A stretch of 63,320 nucleotides of DNA, filler included, from Intoshia linei (Eukaryota; Animalia; Orthonectida), in the NCBI GenBank assembly GCA_001642005.1. It is 5 parts of 5 records of this genome, joined end to end, with 100 filler letters (N's around TTAATTAATTAA, not from the genome) between each part and the next. Parts side by side here need not be neighbours in the genome. Positions count along the whole stretch, not along the records: positions 57,952 to 63,320 come from LWCA01001787.1; 4 more parts are not named here. One strand, written 5' to 3'. The notes under the pieces are model-generated. The model had not been told where the DNA came from. It was given only the letters and a program-made list of their open reading frames with translations, and made no database searches. Made by a program: the position numbers and the translations under genes. Of this stretch, positions 61,071 through 63,320 are shown one piece after another. Positions within the stretch are counted from its first letter, which is position 1. Every line of letters starts with the position of its first letter.

Positions 61071-63086
61071 TTATTTATTAGACACAAACTTCTGTTCTTC
61101 AATCAATTCTTCATCGACATCTTGAAACTGATTTAACGTATGTTTTTCTTCTGTCGTTTTCTAAAAAAAACTTAAAAATAACTCATATTAAAATACCTCA
61201 ATATTTTCAAAGTTTTGATCATTATTAGATGTTTTCAAGTATTCACACAATACTAGTAATCTAAATAAAAATAAATTTTAAATAGAAAAAACTTTAAACT
61301 TTATATTATATTTTTTGCGAATTTCATTTATAAACAAATTATATAATGGTTCAATTTCCTTTAATGTCATTTCGACACATTTTTGGATCTAATTATATAG
61401 TTGAAATATTTTTACTTTAAAAATATACCATTTTTTTTTGAGAAAAAGGTGACAAGCTAAAAAGACCACACAATTGACGTTGATTATTTATAACTATAGT
61501 TATTTGACCTCGTGACACCAGCTCTTCTACGTACAATGAATCATACAAAACATTGTCTCTATATTAAAAATATGTAGACAATAAAATACAAATCCAGAAA
61601 AATTTGATAAATACATTAATTCATAAATATGTATATAATAGGTGTCCTAATGTTCAGACAAATTACATAACCCATGAATTATAATAAAATAAAATTACAA
61701 ATTGAATAAGGTGAAGGTGAAGGAAAACGGATAATAATACATATTTAGAGGTACATATGCCTTTTCTTCTTTGGGGTACTAAAATTAAAAATACAAATGT
61801 GACAGAGAAATAAAGTTAAATAATGAGCATTTAAGATACAACCACCAAATTAAATATTTTTAGTGTAGATACTATAAAAAAGTACTTACAATAACAACAT
61901 AGTCACCATCGATTGAGAATTGCGGTAATCTAGTAGTAATTAAAAAGTAACAATAATTGAAAATACTTGTAAGTAATAAGAGAAGTTAAAACAGCCAAAA
62001 CACTGGCATCCACCACATTTCCATCATAATTTAAAACAACAATTTCAATATCCAATTGCCACACCTAAAAAATGAAATTAAAAAAAAAATATTAATATGT
62101 AAATAAAAAACTTGAATTAATATGACTTACCCTTTTACCGACAACAAGACACAGAGATTCAACATCAATACAATTTGAAGAAATAAAAGTACTGTTGAGT
62201 ACATTTTGTAAATAAACATGAGCATTTCCTGAACTTTAAAAATGATTATATACAAATATAAGCAAACTTTTCCATTTCATTCATACACGAAGATGAAAAA
62301 TCTGGATGTATTCGTACTAATCCTTCAGATTTTCGGTAAACTGATGGTTCTGTTAAAACACGATTGATGCGAGACATGACACTAAATAAAATGGCATAAT
62401 ATAAGTATTTGTTTAAAAAAACTATTCAAAAAGTATATAAATATCATCAATATTACCTGGGCCAAGCCAAATATGAAACTAATAATATTAGCAACTTAGA
62501 CTAAGACTTAGTTGATATTTTAAAAGGCGCCAATGTGTAATAATTGCTAGACAGATAATATTCAAAATTTATCACATTTTAATTGTAAAGTTTAATTCAT
62601 GTAAATATAATTTTAATCTCAAAAAAAACTGAATGATTTTTACAGGTATGTATTATTTTTTTATTGTTTTACCCGTTTCAAATTTAAAATCAGATAGAGC
62701 TAATTTAAAACACTTTTATAAATCTGGACATTGACATACAATTTTAATTTAAATATTAAATTGGAAGAGTGGTGCAAAAGTTAAATTCTAAAAAGTTTAT
62801 CAACTAGAGACCTAATCCTAATCAGTATAAATCTTTTAAAATTATAGGTACAAATATGATCAGGAAATTACATAGTAGATCCGAGGCTTATAGTACACGT
62901 TCCATCTTCATCGGCAAAATCTATAATGACATTCCTTAAATCAAAATGTTTTCTTCCATCCACCCTCTTAATGAACATATGACATTTATACATTAATTCA
63001 CTGATTACCACAGTTTTTTTAAGAGAATTTAAAACTGCTAATTTTTCACACTCGGACAGTAAAAATGTCGATGACGTTAAACTCAT
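61071..63086 (-). CDS. EXOSC9: Exosome complex component RRP45
   Basis: LSECEK, RVDGRKHFDLRNVII...GTCTISLGST, CIDVESLCLVVGKRVWQLDIEIVVLNYDGNVVDASVLA, YVPLNMYYYPFSFTF and INNQRQLCG. An in-frame 42-bp intron lies inside the 62868-63086 ORF. Confidence 0.9.
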
Positions 63087-63320
63087 TTTTTATTTGAGCG
63101 ATAATTAATTAAATTTACAATTTGTGGATTAGTGATTTGAAGTGTACTATTACAGATAGCAGACTGTAGTTTATAGAATAGAACTTGAAACACTTATAAG
63201 TATGAAAATGGATGCTTTGTTGAAATGTAAGAATAATTAAATTCAAAATGAGAGGAAAAATTGGAAAAATTCAAAGTGAGAATTTATTATTATGTTATTA
63301 TTAATATTTTTTTATAATTA

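Noticed and set aside
62383-62870. Possible extra small exons inside EXOSC9
   Set aside because: Splicing directly across this interval restores collinearity with RRP45, so the candidate micro-exons are unnecessary.
1-63320. tRNA/rRNA/snRNA genes or a prokaryote-type defence or biosynthetic system
   Set aside because: None recognisable by eye. An Infernal/tRNAscan search would be needed to exclude small ncRNAs.

Overview
This is very AT-rich animal nuclear DNA, not prokaryotic. It carries many 28-60 bp GT-AG introns plus some kb-scale introns filled with transposons. The style suggests a reduced parasitic invertebrate such as the orthonectid Intoshia, but that is inference only. Four identical 100-bp linkers (44 N + TTAATTAATTAA + 44 N) split the window into five contigs, so adjacency across them is unproven. 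Manual splicing gave these genes: AQR (3' part), MPC1, KIF6, CCDC146, cystinosin (3' part), BRSK/SAD kinase (3' part), PDCD10/CCM3 (almost invisible in the ORF track), a glycine-transporter-like SLC6, a single-exon protocadherin, an orphan multi-exon gene, a Cys-rich/Thr-repeat gene fragment, a second SLC6 3' end, PSMG2-like and EXOSC9. Mobile DNA includes an abundant non-autonomous Helitron-like family (A|TC...hairpin...CTAG|T) that appears to carry captured DNAJC10 and gag-like fragments, a deleted piggyBac, hAT MITEs, Tc1/Tc3 remnants and repeat families with internal tandem arrays. The most notable features are the apparent Helitron gene capture, convergent genes whose stops are 12-66 bp apart with poly(A) signals overlapping the stop codons, a possible operon/trans-splicing layout, an SLC6 lacking the conserved EL2 disulfide, and a nearly tailless protocadherin. 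All homology calls come from recalled family motifs; no database search was run.
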